NCBI GenBank assembly: GCA_964630845.1
Contig: CAZVWL010000001.1
Coordinates: 1-53,506 of the forward strand
Source: an uncultured Fibrobacteraceae bacterium
GTDB lineage: Bacteria; Krumholzibacteriota; Krumholzibacteriia; LZORAL124-64-63
Direction of reading: 5' to 3'
Length of the DNA: 53,506 nt
The position numbers and the translations under genes are program-made. This document shows, piece by piece, positions 28,530 to 39,400 of the stretch. Positions within the stretch are counted from its first letter, which is position 1. Each line of letters begins with the position of its first letter. The notes below the pieces were generated by a model. The model was given only the letters and a program-made list of their open reading frames with translations. It ran no database searches and was not told the DNA's origin.

Positions 28530-28624
28530 TATATTATGGATATTTGGGTCTGCATATCGTGTATGGTGGGTGCCACCTGCCGCGCGCGAGAAACCGGGTC
28601 GGGACAACCGAGGAGCGTGTTGCG

Positions 28625-30901
28625 ATGTCGATCGAGAAGCTGAGATGGGCCGCGATCATCTGCTTCGTGGTCGCCCTGGGCGGCCTGCTGGTCCTGGGTT
28701 ACTTCGCCAACCGGGAGGCGCCGCCGTACCCGGGCCGGGTGGTGTCGCCCGACGGCGACGTGCTGTTCACGCGGGCCGACATCTTCGCCGGCCAGCACGT
28801 GTACCAGCGTTACGGCCTGATGGACCACGGCAGCGTGTGGGGTCACGGCACCCAGCGCGGCATGGAGTTCTCGTCGGTCACGCTGCGCCGCATGGGCGAG
28901 GCGGTGCGCGAGCCGATCGCGCGTCGGGAGTTCGGCGCGCCGTACAGCGACCTCAGCCCGCAGCAGCGCGAGGTCGTCGATCTGCACACCACCCACCAGC
29001 TCAAGGAGAACCGGTACGACCCCGCCACCGACACCCTCACCCTGACCAGCGACCAGGTGGTCGCCTTGCAGGGCAACGAACGGTTCTGGGAGCGCACCTT
29101 CGGCGAGGGCGACCGCAATTACGGGTTCTTGCCGGGTCAGGTGCCGTCCGTGGAGGAGCGGCGGCAGCTGGGTCGCTTCTTCTACTGGACGGCGTGGGTG
29201 GCGGTCACCAACCGGCCGGACGGTGACTACTCCTACACGAACAACTGGCCGCCCGACCGCACCGTGGGCAACGTGGCCACCACCGAGACGTACATCTGGA
29301 CGATCGGCGGCATCCTCTCGTTGTTCCTGGCGCTCGGCTTCTTCATCTACTGGGTGCACCGCTACAACATCTGGTACGGCGAGGCCAAGGGCATCCCGCT
29401 GGCCGACAAGCTGATCGCGATGCCCCTGACCTCGAGCCAGATCAAGGCCGCGAAGTTCTTCCTGGTGGTGATCCTGTTGTTCCTCTTGCAGACGTGCTTC
29501 GGCGGTCTGCTGGCGCACTACACGGTGCATCCGGGCAGCTTCTACATCGGCGGCATCGCCGAGGTGATCCCGTACTCGTGGGCCAAGACGTGGCACCTGC
29601 AGCTGGCGATCTTCTGGATCGCGACCACGTGGGTGGCGTCGGCGATCTACCTGGCGCCGATCATCGGCGGCCGGGAACCGAAGGGTCAGGGCGCGCTCGT
29701 GCAGGTGCTGTTCACCGCGGTGATGATCGTCGCGGTCGGCAGCCTCACCGGCCACGTGCTGGGCATCAAGGGGCTGCTGGGCGACTGGTGGTTCTGGCTG
29801 GGTCACCAGGGCTGGGAGTACCTCGAGCTGGGTCGCCTGTGGCAGATCCTGCTGTTCGTGGGGTTGCTGGGATGGCTGGGCATCGTGTATCGCGGCGTGG
29901 TCAACACGTTCCGCGAGGGCAAGGACCCGCACTTCAAGGACCTCGTGCGCTTCTACGTGTTCAGCGCCACGCTGGTGGTGATCTTCTTCGCGTTCGGCCT
30001 GCTCTACGGCAAGGACACGCACCTGACCGTGGCCGACTACTGGCGCTGGTTCGTGGTGCACATCTGGGTGGAGAGCATCTTCGAGTTCTTCGGCGTCGGC
30101 GTGATCGCGGTGCTGATGGTGGCCATGGGCCTGGTGACCGCGCGCGGCGCGCTGGTGGTGGCGTACTTCACGGCGGCGATCACCTTCCTCAGCGGCATCC
30201 TGGGCACGGCGCACCACTACTTCTGGTACGGCGGGTCGTCGCTGTGGCTGGCGATCGGCTCGGTGTTCTCGTCGATGGAGCCGGTGCCGCTCTTCGGCCT
30301 GGTGGTGCGCGGCATGCTCGAGTACCGGTCGATCCGGGCCGAGGGTCGCGAGTTCCCGTACAAGTGGCCGATGTACTTCATCGTCGCCTCGACGTTCTGG
30401 AACTTCCTGGGCGCCGGCGTCTTCGGCTTCCTGATCAACCTGCCGCTGGTGAACTACTTCGAGCACGGCACCTACCTGACCATGAACCACGGTCACGGGG
30501 CGCTGTTCGGGGTGTACGGCATGCTGTCGATCGCGCTGTTGCTGTTCTCGTGGCGGGGTCTGGTGAAGAAGGAAGTGTGGAGCGACAAGCTGCTGGCGAC
30601 GTCGTTCTGGGGCCTGAACGTGGGCCTGTTGCTGCTGACCTTCCTGACGCTGTTCCCCGTCGGCGTGATGCAGGCCTGGACGAGCTTCCAGGAAGGCATG
30701 GTGGTGGCGCGTGACGCGTCGTTCTTCCAGCGGCCGGCGGTGATGTTCCTGGGCAACCTGCGGCTGCTTCCCGACCTGGTGATCATCCTCGGCGGCGTGG
30801 TGCCGCTGGTAGTGTTCCTGTTCCGGACGTACCCGCATCTGAAGGCGCAGGAGATCAAGGATGGGGAGTCGGTGTGGGAGCGGTTGGGGGTGAAGCTGTA
30901 G
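28625..30901 (+). CDS. norZ: Quinol-dependent nitric oxide reductase (qNor, single-subunit NorB/NorZ type)
   Basis: 758 aa. An N-terminal TM helix and periplasmic extension (...FAGQHVYQRYGLMDHGSVWGHGTQRG...) are fused to a haem-copper-oxidase subunit-I-like 12-TM core with conserved His residues (...GTAHHYFWYG..., ...MNHGHGALFGVYG...). Trimmed to ATG 28625 after GAGGAG. Confidence 0.9.
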   Translation: MSIEKLRWAAIICFVVALGGLLVLGYFANREAPPYPGRVVSPDGDVLFTRADIFAGQHVYQRYGLMDHGSVWGHGTQRGMEFSSVTLRRMGEAVREPIARREFGAPYSDLSPQQREVVDLHTTHQLKENRYDPATDTLTLTSDQVVALQGNERFWERTFGEGDRNYGFLPGQVPSVEERRQLGRFFYWTAWVAVTNRPDGDYSYTNNWPPDRTVGNVATTETYIWTIGGILSLFLALGFFIYWVHRYNIWYGEAKGIPLADKLIAMPLTSSQIKAAKFFLVVILLFLLQTCFGGLLAHYTVHPGSFYIGGIAEVIPYSWAKTWHLQLAIFWIATTWVASAIYLAPIIGGREPKGQGALVQVLFTAVMIVAVGSLTGHVLGIKGLLGDWWFWLGHQGWEYLELGRLWQILLFVGLLGWLGIVYRGVVNTFREGKDPHFKDLVRFYVFSATLVVIFFAFGLLYGKDTHLTVADYWRWFVVHIWVESIFEFFGVGVIAVLMVAMGLVTARGALVVAYFTAAITFLSGILGTAHHYFWYGGSSLWLAIGSVFSSMEPVPLFGLVVRGMLEYRSIRAEGREFPYKWPMYFIVASTFWNFLGAGVFGFLINLPLVNYFEHGTYLTMNHGHGALFGVYGMLSIALLLFSWRGLVKKEVWSDKLLATSFWGLNVGLLLLTFLTLFPVGVMQAWTSFQEGMVVARDASFFQRPAVMFLGNLRLLPDLVIILGGVVPLVVFLFRTYPHLKAQEIKDGESVWERLGVKL

Positions 30902-31045
30902 GTCGTGGTGGTGGTGGGCGGCCCCTGTTCGGGTGCGAGCAGGGGTCGCCCCGATGCGGATGTTCACCCGATTCCTGCTGCAACGCCCCGCCCGGTGTGG
31001 TAGAATCTCCAACGGGGGCGCCCGCGACCAGGAAACGAGCACCGC

Positions 31046-34000
31046 ATGAACAACGCCTCGCGTGTATTCTTCATTGGATCTCTCTGGCTGCTGGTGACCT
31101 CCGTCGCCGCATTGGCGCAAACGCCCCTGATCAACGAGTTCATGGCGTCCAACGCGACCACGATCGCCGACGAAGACGGCGACTATTCGGACTGGATCGA
31201 GCTATATAATCCTGGCGCCGCGTCCATCGATCTGACCGACCATTACCTCTCCGACGACCTCGCCAACCCCCTGCGCTGGCGATTCCCGGCCGCCACGCTC
31301 CCGGCGCAGGGGCATCTGCTGGTCTGGGCCTCGGGCAAGGACAAGGTGGGTGCCGGCGGTGAACTGCACACCAACTTCGCGATCAGCGCCGGCGGCGAAC
31401 CCTTGCTGCTGACCGCCCCGGACGGTGTCACACGCCTCGACGAGGTCGAGCCGATCGCCCTGGTGACCGACACCTCCTACGGCCGCCTACCCGACGGCGC
31501 CGATGAGTGGATCGTGTTCGCCGAGCCCACGCCGGCCGCGCCCAATGGCGAGGGTCTGCAGCACCTCGCGCCGCCTCAACTCGGCGCCACTCCCGGCCTC
31601 TACACCGACCCGATCACGCTCGCCCTGACGCACGACGATCCCCAGGCCGTGATCACCTACACGCTGGACGGCAGCGAACCGACGCTCGCCTCCGAGCGCT
31701 ACACCGAGCCCCTGGTCCTCGAGAGCCGCGCCGGCGATCCGAACGTCTTCTCCCTGATCCGGACCAACTTCCGGCCGCCGTCGGAGCTGCACGGCTGGCG
31801 GCCTCCCCGCGGCGAGGTCTTCAAGATCAACGTGGTCAGGGCGCGCGCGTTTCGGCCCGGGCATGCGCCGAGCCGGGTGGTGACCGGGTCGTTCGCGGTC
31901 GGGCCGGATCTACCGGTGCACCTGCCGTTGCCGATGGTCTCGGTGGCCACCACGGCGGCGAACTTTTTCGACGACACGATCGGCATCTACGTGCCGGGCG
32001 ACACCTACGTGCCCGGCAACTACGGCACGGGCAACTACTTCCAGACCGGCGACGCGTGGGAGCGACCGGTGCACATCGAGATCTTCAGGGCCGACGGCAG
32101 CCTGCTTCTCGCGCAAGACGCCGGCGTGCGCATTCACGGCGGCATGACCCGCCATCTGCCCCAGAAGACTCTCCGCCTCTACGCGCGCTCGGCCTACGGT
32201 CCGTCGCAGTTCGACGCGGCGTTGTTCCCGGACCTGCCGTACACGTCGTACGAGCGGTTCCTGATCCGCAACTCCGGCAGCGACTGGGCGCAGGCGGCGT
32301 TTCGCGACCTCGCCGCCCAGACCGTCTCCGCCCAGATGGGGTTCGACACGCAGGCCGGCCGTCCGGTGGTGCACTTCGTCAATGGCGAGTACTGGGGGCT
32401 GGCCAACCTGCGCGAGCGCTACGACGAGCACTACCTGGCCCGCGTGTACGGCGTGCCCGAGGACGAAGTCGCGATGCTGGCGAACAACGCGGTGCTGGAG
32501 CTGGGCACCGCCGCCGACCGCGCCGATTACCTCGCGCTCCGCTCCTTCGTGCTGAACAGCAACATGACCCTGCCGGCCAACCTGGCCCACGTCGCCGAGC
32601 GCATGGACATCGAGCAGTTCATCCGCTACTGCGTGGCCCAGATCTACTGCGCCAACCACGACTGGCCGGGTCAGAACATCCGCTTCTGGCGCCGCACGCT
32701 GCCCGCCTACGACCCCAACGCGCCGTACGGTCACGACGGCCGTTGGCGCTGGATGATGTACGACGTCGACGACGGCTTCCTGTTCTACGACCGCAACACG
32801 CTGGCCCACGCCACGGCGACCGACGGCCGCGCGGGGTCGAACCCGCCCTGGTCCACCGAGCTGCTGCGCGGCCTCCTGGTCAACCCCTGGGTGCGCCAGC
32901 TCTTCATCAACACCTTCGCCGACCACCTGAACAGCACCTTCAAGGTCAATCGCGTCACCGGGATCGTCGACGACTTCTCCGACCTCTACGCGCCGGCCAT
33001 CGCCGCCTGGCACGACCGCTGGGACATCAACAACTCCTGGCACGGCGTGGTGAACCTGTTGCGCGCCTTCAGCGATCAACGACCCGCGCACCAGCGGCAG
33101 CACATCGTGGACCATTTCGACCTCGCCGGCACCGGCCTGGTCATCGTCGACGTCAACGACGTTGCCATGGGCGCGGTCCGGCTCAACCAGCTCGTGATCG
33201 ACGCCGACCTGCCCGGCCTTGCCGACCCCGCCAACCCCTACCCCTGGGTCGGCACCTACTTCCAGGGCGTGCCGATCACCGCCACCGCCCTGCCCGCGCC
33301 CGGCTACCGCCTGCTGCGGTGGCAGGAGCAGGGCACCAGCAACCCGACGCTCACGATCACGCCCGGCCCGAACCTCATCCGCGCGACGGCGGTCTTCGCG
33401 CTCGACCCCTACCAGTTCGTGCCCATCCACGCCTGGCACTTCAACGACCTGCCGGCCGGCACGCTGACCGCGGTTGAGGCCGACCTCTCGCTCGTCGCCA
33501 CCGGGATGATCACCTACCCCGGCACCGGCGCCGGTTACCTGGACCGGGTCGACGACGGCACCCTGCTCGGCGCGTTGCCCGACACGCCGGCCGGCTACGC
33601 CCTGCGCGTGCGCAACCCGAGCGACACGCGGCAGCTGCACCTGCACCTGCCGACCACGGGCTACGTGGAGCCGCGTCTGAGCGTGGCCGCCTGGCGGACC
33701 GTCAACGGGGCGCAGGAGGTGGCGCTCGAGTACAGCGCGACGGGCGAGGCGGGGTCGTGGCAGCCGCTCGGCGAGGCGGTGATCCTGACCGAGGAGCCGG
33801 CCCTCCATGCCTGGGACCTCGGCGCGGTGGAGGCGGCGAGCAACAACGCCGATTTCCAGGTGCGGTTGCGGTTCGGAGGCTCGAACGCGGGGGGCGCCTC
33901 GGGCAACACGCGGTACGACAACATCGTGCTGCAGGCCAAGCCTTACCTGAGCGATCCCACGGCGGCTCCGGAGGTCCCCGAGACCCCGGAAGCGGCCGGG

Positions 34001-34273
34001 CTGCGGCTCGACGCGTATCCCAACCCGTTCAACCCGGCGTGTTCGATCCGATACACGGTTCCGCTCGATGGCCCGGTGACCCTCGCGGTGTACGACCTGC
34101 GGGGCAGGCGGGTGCGGACGCTGCTGGCCAGGCAGCACGTGGCGGCCGGGGCGGGGGTCGTGGTCTGGGACGGGGTCGATGAGCTTGGTCGGCCGGTGGC
34201 CAGCGGGGGGTATCTGTGCCGGTTGGTGACGGGGGGCGGGGAGGTGGTCAGCAAGGTGCAGGTGATGAAATGA
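31046..34273 (+). CDS. Secreted lamin-tail-domain + CotH kinase-family protein with FlgD-Ig/Por-tail-like C-terminal domain
   Basis: Signal peptide. LTD signature LINEFMASN...DWIELYNPG...DLTDHYLSDD. CotH-like core ...RNSGSDWAQAAFRD...HFVNGEYWGLANLRERYDEHYL.... C-terminus AYPNPFNPACSIRY...LAVYDLRGRRV...GGYLCRL.... Confidence 0.8.
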   Translation: MNNASRVFFIGSLWLLVTSVAALAQTPLINEFMASNATTIADEDGDYSDWIELYNPGAASIDLTDHYLSDDLANPLRWRFPAATLPAQGHLLVWASGKDKVGAGGELHTNFAISAGGEPLLLTAPDGVTRLDEVEPIALVTDTSYGRLPDGADEWIVFAEPTPAAPNGEGLQHLAPPQLGATPGLYTDPITLALTHDDPQAVITYTLDGSEPTLASERYTEPLVLESRAGDPNVFSLIRTNFRPPSELHGWRPPRGEVFKINVVRARAFRPGHAPSRVVTGSFAVGPDLPVHLPLPMVSVATTAANFFDDTIGIYVPGDTYVPGNYGTGNYFQTGDAWERPVHIEIFRADGSLLLAQDAGVRIHGGMTRHLPQKTLRLYARSAYGPSQFDAALFPDLPYTSYERFLIRNSGSDWAQAAFRDLAAQTVSAQMGFDTQAGRPVVHFVNGEYWGLANLRERYDEHYLARVYGVPEDEVAMLANNAVLELGTAADRADYLALRSFVLNSNMTLPANLAHVAERMDIEQFIRYCVAQIYCANHDWPGQNIRFWRRTLPAYDPNAPYGHDGRWRWMMYDVDDGFLFYDRNTLAHATATDGRAGSNPPWSTELLRGLLVNPWVRQLFINTFADHLNSTFKVNRVTGIVDDFSDLYAPAIAAWHDRWDINNSWHGVVNLLRAFSDQRPAHQRQHIVDHFDLAGTGLVIVDVNDVAMGAVRLNQLVIDADLPGLADPANPYPWVGTYFQGVPITATALPAPGYRLLRWQEQGTSNPTLTITPGPNLIRATAVFALDPYQFVPIHAWHFNDLPAGTLTAVEADLSLVATGMITYPGTGAGYLDRVDDGTLLGALPDTPAGYALRVRNPSDTRQLHLHLPTTGYVEPRLSVAAWRTVNGAQEVALEYSATGEAGSWQPLGEAVILTEEPALHAWDLGAVEAASNNADFQVRLRFGGSNAGGASGNTRYDNIVLQAKPYLSDPTAAPEVPETPEAAGLRLDAYPNPFNPACSIRYTVPLDGPVTLAVYDLRGRRVRTLLARQHVAAGAGVVVWDGVDELGRPVASGGYLCRLVTGGGEVVSKVQVMK

Positions 34274-34372
34274 GCTGGCGCAACTACAGATCAGCCATAT
34301 TGACAACGCCTATTCGACGGATCTAGCCTTCTCGCCAACTGCCTCGCTTCCCCTCGATCCGGGAGGTGGCCC

Positions 34373-35593
34373 ATGCGCGCCACGACCGCCCTCCTGCTCG
34401 CCGGATGCCTCGCCCTCAACGCCTGCTCCTCGTCCTCCGGCCCGGACGGCGACGACGACGGCCAGGCCCCATCACCCATCACCGACCTCGCCGTGCTCGA
34501 CTTCACCGTCAACTCGGTGACCCTCACCTGGACCGCGCCCGGCGACGACGGCGACGTGGGCACCGCCACGCGCTACGAGGTGCGCGGGTCGCTCGACTTC
34601 ATCCACCCCGGCAACTGGGCCGACGCGATCGTGGCGCCGGATGCGCCGACGCCGGGACCCGCCGGCACGGTCGAGACGATGACCATCGTCGGCCTCGAGG
34701 AAGACGAGCACTATTTCTTCGCCGTGAGGGCGTTCGACGAGGCCGGCAACTCGCCCGGCTGCTCGAACTGCGTCGACGTGACCTGCTTCGACAACACGGC
34801 CGTCGTGTTCGCCGACCCCGCCATCGAGGCCGCCGTGCGCGCCGTGCTCTCGTTGCCCGACGGGCCGCTGCTGCGGTCGCGGGTGCGCGAGGTGGTCGAG
34901 CTGCAGGTCGAAAGCGAGGGCGTGGCGGACCTCGGCGGGCTCGAGTTCTGCGCCGCGCTGGCGTTCGTGAAGATGCGCGGCAACGCGATCGTCGACCTCG
35001 GGCCGCTGGCGAACCTGACCGCCCTGTTCGACGTCGACCTGCGTGAGAACGCGATCGTCGACCTCACGCCCCTGGCCGCCCTACCCAACCTGCGCCACCT
35101 GCAACTGGACGACAACCAGATCGCCGACGTGTCGCCGCTGGCCGGGCTCGTCGGGCTGGAGATCCTGTATCTGGCGCGCAACCAGTTCGTCGACATCGGG
35201 CCGCTGGCGTCGTTGACTTCGCTACTCAGCTTGCGGCTCGACGGCAACGGTGTGGCGGATCTGGGGCCGCTCGTGGCGATGACGGCGCTGGAGAGTTTGG
35301 CGGTGCAGCAGGCGGCGGTGTCGAGCCTGGTGCCGCTGGCGGGGATGATGTCGCTTGGCGTGTTGCTGGCGGGGAACAACTCGCTGGGTTCGTTGGAGGG
35401 GCTGGCGGGGTTGAGTGCGTTGACGTTGGTGGTGGTGAATCAGAATCAGGTCACGGATCTGCAGCCTTTGGTGGATAATGCGGGGTTTGGGGAGGGGGAT
35501 GTGCTGTATGTGATGGGGAATCCGTTGTCGGGGGAGGCGGTTTCGGTGCAGGTGCCGGTGTTGGTGGGGAGGGGGGTGGGGGTTTATTATTGA
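34373..35593 (+). CDS. Lipoprotein with FN3-like domain and leucine-rich repeats
   Basis: Lipobox LLAGC..NAC. FN3-like segment ...SVTLTWTAPGDDGDVGTATRYEVR.... It is followed by about 10 LRRs of 22 aa (...NAIVDLxPLAxLxxLxxLxLxxN...). Confidence 0.75.
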   Translation: MRATTALLLAGCLALNACSSSSGPDGDDDGQAPSPITDLAVLDFTVNSVTLTWTAPGDDGDVGTATRYEVRGSLDFIHPGNWADAIVAPDAPTPGPAGTVETMTIVGLEEDEHYFFAVRAFDEAGNSPGCSNCVDVTCFDNTAVVFADPAIEAAVRAVLSLPDGPLLRSRVREVVELQVESEGVADLGGLEFCAALAFVKMRGNAIVDLGPLANLTALFDVDLRENAIVDLTPLAALPNLRHLQLDDNQIADVSPLAGLVGLEILYLARNQFVDIGPLASLTSLLSLRLDGNGVADLGPLVAMTALESLAVQQAAVSSLVPLAGMMSLGVLLAGNNSLGSLEGLAGLSALTLVVVNQNQVTDLQPLVDNAGFGEGDVLYVMGNPLSGEAVSVQVPVLVGRGVGVYY

Positions 35594-35671
35594 AGGGATT
35601 CGCGAGGGGCCAGGTAACGGTTTCTTCTTCGGGTTCGGTGCGGCTGGCATGGACCCTTCAAGGAGTTCGGC

Positions 35672-36133
35672 GTGTCTACGGTCATCCGTTTGCGTGTATC
35701 CTTGCTCGGGTCTATGAAGGTATACCGAGTTCTAGATGCGGCCTCGAATGCCACGTTTAAGGCTCTTCATGATGCGATCTTCCATGCGTTCGATCGGAAT
35801 GACCCGCATCTGTACAGCTTCTACATGACGGGAGTTGACACTAAAAGCATTCAGCGGATCCGGCGATCCCCCGAAATTGCCGCGCCTGCGGTCGGGGTTG
35901 GAATCGGTATATTCGGACCCAGGGGTTCCGGTACTTCGGCAGCGAAAGCCAGGATCCGAGATTTCGAACTCGAAGAGGGGGATGTGTTCCACTACTTGTT
36001 CGACTACGGAGACGAATGGTGGCATCGGATCCTGGTCGAGGCGGTCTTGGAATCGGAAATCTCAAAGAAGAGCGGCGTTGTCCATGCGAAGTCGATCGGG
36101 GCGTCGCCGCCGCAGTACTCTGATTTCGATTAG
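35672..36133 (+). CDS. pRiA4b ORF-3-like (PRiA4_ORF3 / IS1096-TnpR-like) domain protein
   Basis: Pattern ...LRVSLLGS..VYRVLDA..ATFKALHDAIFHAFDRNDPHLYSFYM...GDVFHYLFDYGDEWWHRILVE.... GTG start follows AAGGAG. This is the first gene of the lower-GC region. Confidence 0.6.
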   Translation: MSTVIRLRVSLLGSMKVYRVLDAASNATFKALHDAIFHAFDRNDPHLYSFYMTGVDTKSIQRIRRSPEIAAPAVGVGIGIFGPRGSGTSAAKARIRDFELEEGDVFHYLFDYGDEWWHRILVEAVLESEISKKSGVVHAKSIGASPPQYSDFD

Positions 36134-36447
36134 GGGCGCGATGGCGGCCTCCCCTGTATCGGGTATCGGCTTGTTTAGTGTAGCTCACCCTCGCTAGCCA
36201 CATTGGCTTCCTCTCCACGTGCCCGTCGCAGGATCGGTCCTTTGTCAGGTGCTGCGTGAAGAGCTTGCGGATTGTCGACGCGAAAGCCGCGGCTTCGGCA
36301 GACGGTTCGCGATACGTGGTTCATGAGGTTGTGATTCAGATCCGCAGCGCGATGGAGCGGCTCAATGCGACCCGTAATAGAGATAGTTCCGGTGATCTGC
36401 CACTGCCGAATTCCGATTTCGTGACGAGGGCCCGGACTTTCGGCCTC

Positions 36448-39400
36448 TCACCCCGATGCCCGGTACGTCAGCCCGAACACCGTGTCCGTCATCCAGCGCC
36501 TGAAGCCCTCGTTGTCCATAAACTGCTTGAACAGCTCCGTGTCGTCCTTGAGGACGGCGGTCATAACGCGCTTCAGGGCCTCGTCGTGCTCGATCTTCGC
36601 GTTCTGCCGGTCGGAGTTCTTGCGAGCGTTCTGGTACCGCGGATCGGCGGCTACGCGCGCGGGGATGTCCTCGGTGATGAGCTTGTGCACGCGGTCCTTG
36701 TCGGTCCATGGGATGTTGCCGAACTGATCGTTGAAGGTCTTGAGGATGTTCGACAGCAGGTCCAGTTCGGGCTCGGGCTTGTGGCCACCGCCGGTGGTCG
36801 GTACGGGGTCAATCTCGGAGTCCGCGTCGGGGAGAAGGATCTTCGCCGCCGCCTTCTTCTCCACCCGGTAGCTGTCCATATCGATCGCTTCGAGGATACC
36901 CTTGGCCAGGTCCTCCTCGACGGGCGCCGGCAATTTGGGCACGAGGAAGTTGAGGAAGATTGAGAGCTTCTCCCAGTCGGCATTGGAGTAGGGCAGGATC
37001 GACGAGAGGAAGCCGTATGCACGCAGGAAAGCCTTAGCTTTGCCCTTGAAGTCCACCTGCCCGTCCTCGTCGAGCCGCTCGCGGTAGTCGGCGACGCACG
37101 CGTCGAGGATGGGGTCGAGCCGATCGCGGTCCGCCCCGCCCAAGTAGAGCGCTACCAGCTCGTCCACCTGTGCTGGGGCATAGACCTGGTAGCCGTCGAG
37201 CGCGCTCTTCAGGTCGTGCAGCTTGTTCGGGTCGGTCTCCTCGGCCAGGATCGTCGTGCGGTAGTAGTCGGCGAACGCCTGCTGGATGACGTCGGCGTCG
37301 TTCATGAAGTCGAGCACGAACACGTCGTGCTTCTTGGGGTGCGCGCGGTTGAGCCGCGAGAGTGTCTGCACCGCCTTGATGCCAGAGAGCACCTTGTCGA
37401 CGTACATCGTGTGCAGCAGCGGCTCGTCGTAGCCGGTTTGGAACTTGTCGGCGCAGATCAGGAAGCGGTACGGGTCCTTCCGAATCGTGTTGGCGATCTT
37501 GCTTGATGCGAATCCGTTGAGCGACGCTTCGGTCACCTTCGCGCCGCCGTACTCGTGCTCGCCCGAAAAGGCTACGATCGCCTGGTAGCGGCTCTTTCGC
37601 TCGGCCAGGTAGTCGCCGAAAGCGTGGTAGTACTGAATCGCACGTTCGATCCCGCTGGTCACCACCATCGCGCGCGCCTCACCGCCGATCTTGCGCAGCG
37701 CCAGGACTTGCTCGTGGAAGTGGTCCACCATGATCTCGGCCTTGAGCCGGATCGCGTGGTCGTGGCTCTCGACGTAGCGGCGCAGCTTCTTCTTCGCCCG
37801 CTTGGTGTCGAACTCCGGGTCGCCCTCGACCTTCTTGACGAGCTTGTAGTAGCTCTCGACCGGCGTGTAGTGCTTGAGCACGTCCAGGATGAAGACCTCC
37901 TGGATGGCTTGCTTCATCGTGTAGCTGTGGAAGGGCCGGTGCTTCACCGTGCCGTCGGCCTGTGGCTCAGGCGCGCCGAAGATCTCGAGTGTCTTGTTCT
38001 TGGGCGTGGCGGTGAAGGCGAAGTAGCTGGCGTTGGGTAGCAGCTTCTTCGCTTCCATGAGCCGGATAATCGCGTCTTCGAGCGTCTCGTCGTCTTCCTC
38101 GACGCCGGCCGTGGAGAGCGCCATCGAAAGCGAGGCCGAGGTCCGGCCGCCCTGGCTCGAGTGTGCCTCGTCGATCACGATCGCGAAGCGCCGTCCGCGG
38201 TGCTCGCTGCCAATCTCGTCGAGGATGAACGGGAACTTCTGCACCGTGGAGATGATGATCTTCTTGCCCTCGGCGATGTACTTGCGGAGATCCCCGGAGC
38301 GGTCGGCGTGCCCGACCGTGGCGCCCACCTGGGCGAACTGCTTGATGGTGTCCTTGATCTGCTGGTCGAGGATTCTGCGGTCGGTGACGACGATGATCGA
38401 GTCGAAGACCGTCGCTCCATTCTTTTTGAGCCCGATGAGCTGGTGCGCGAGCCAGGCGATGGAGTTCGACTTGCCGCTGCCCGCCGAGTGCTGGATCAGG
38501 TAACGCCTGCCCGCGCCGTTCGCCCGCGCGTCGGCGAGCAACCGGCGCACCACGTCGAGCTGGTGGAAGCGCGGCCAGATCTGCAACGTCTTCTTCCGAC
38601 CGGTCTTCTCGTCCTTGGTCTCGACGACCTGCGCGTAGTTCTCGAGGATGTCGGTCAGGCCGTCGCGGGTGAGGACCCGCTTCCAGAGGTAGTCGGTCTT
38701 GAGGCCGTCCGGGTTGGGCGGATTGCCTGCGCCGTCGTTCCAGCCCTGGTTGAAGGGCAGGAACCACGAGTCCTTGCCCTTCAGGTGCGTGCAGAAGCGC
38801 ACCTCGTGGTCGTCCACGGCGAAGTGCACCACGCAGCGGCCGAACTCGAAGAGCTTCTCGCGCGGGGCCCGGTCACGCTGGTACTGCTCGACGGCGTCGG
38901 CGACCGTCTGCTTGGTCAGGCTGTTCTTTAGCTCGAAGGTGGCGACGGGCAGGCCGTTGATGAATAGGCCCAGGTCGAGTGCGCGTTGAGTCTCGTCGCA
39001 GCTGTACTTGAGTTGCCGCGTGACGCTGAAGCGGTTCTGGGCGTAGCGCTCGGCGGCCTTTGTGTTCCCCGGCGATGGCGTGCCGTAGAAGAGGTCGAGG
39101 TGGTGCGGCCCGTGCTTGAGCCCGTGGCGCAGCACGTCAATGGTGCCGCGCTTGGTGATCTCGCCCTGGAGCCGCGCCAGGCACTTGCGCCTCGTCGGCC
39201 CGTCCTGACCGAGGTCGAGGGCGTCGGCCACGTCCGGCTGGGTCTCGCGCAGGAAGGCCGAGAATTGGGCTAGGTCAACGCAGTATTCGCGGTCGTAGTC
39301 CTCGGGGGCACCGCAGATCCAACCTGCGCCGTAGGCGGCCGGGCGTTCGTGGACGGCGTTGGCCTTGAACGTGCCCGGATCGCAGGCCGCGCCGGTCAGG

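Noticed and set aside
30921-31006. A hairpin after the qNor stop (GGCCCCTG...CAGGGGTC) as terminator, and TGGTAGAAT (30998-31006) as an extended -10 for the CotH gene.
   Set aside because: The hairpin has no T-tract and one mismatch. The -10 lacks a convincing -35. Both are plausible but too weak to list as features.
35594-35671. Direct repeats (att sites) or an integrase marking the island boundaries at about 35.6 kb and about 50.8 kb.
   Set aside because: No shared sequence of 10 nt or longer could be found by eye between the two borders, and no recombinase gene is present. The boundaries are therefore given from composition only.
36256-36963. 235-aa plus-strand ORF and other ORFs antisense to hsdR, hsdM and the helicase.
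   Set aside because: They lie entirely within or antisense to strongly supported genes, carry no motifs, and have Val/Leu/Arg-rich antisense-type composition.
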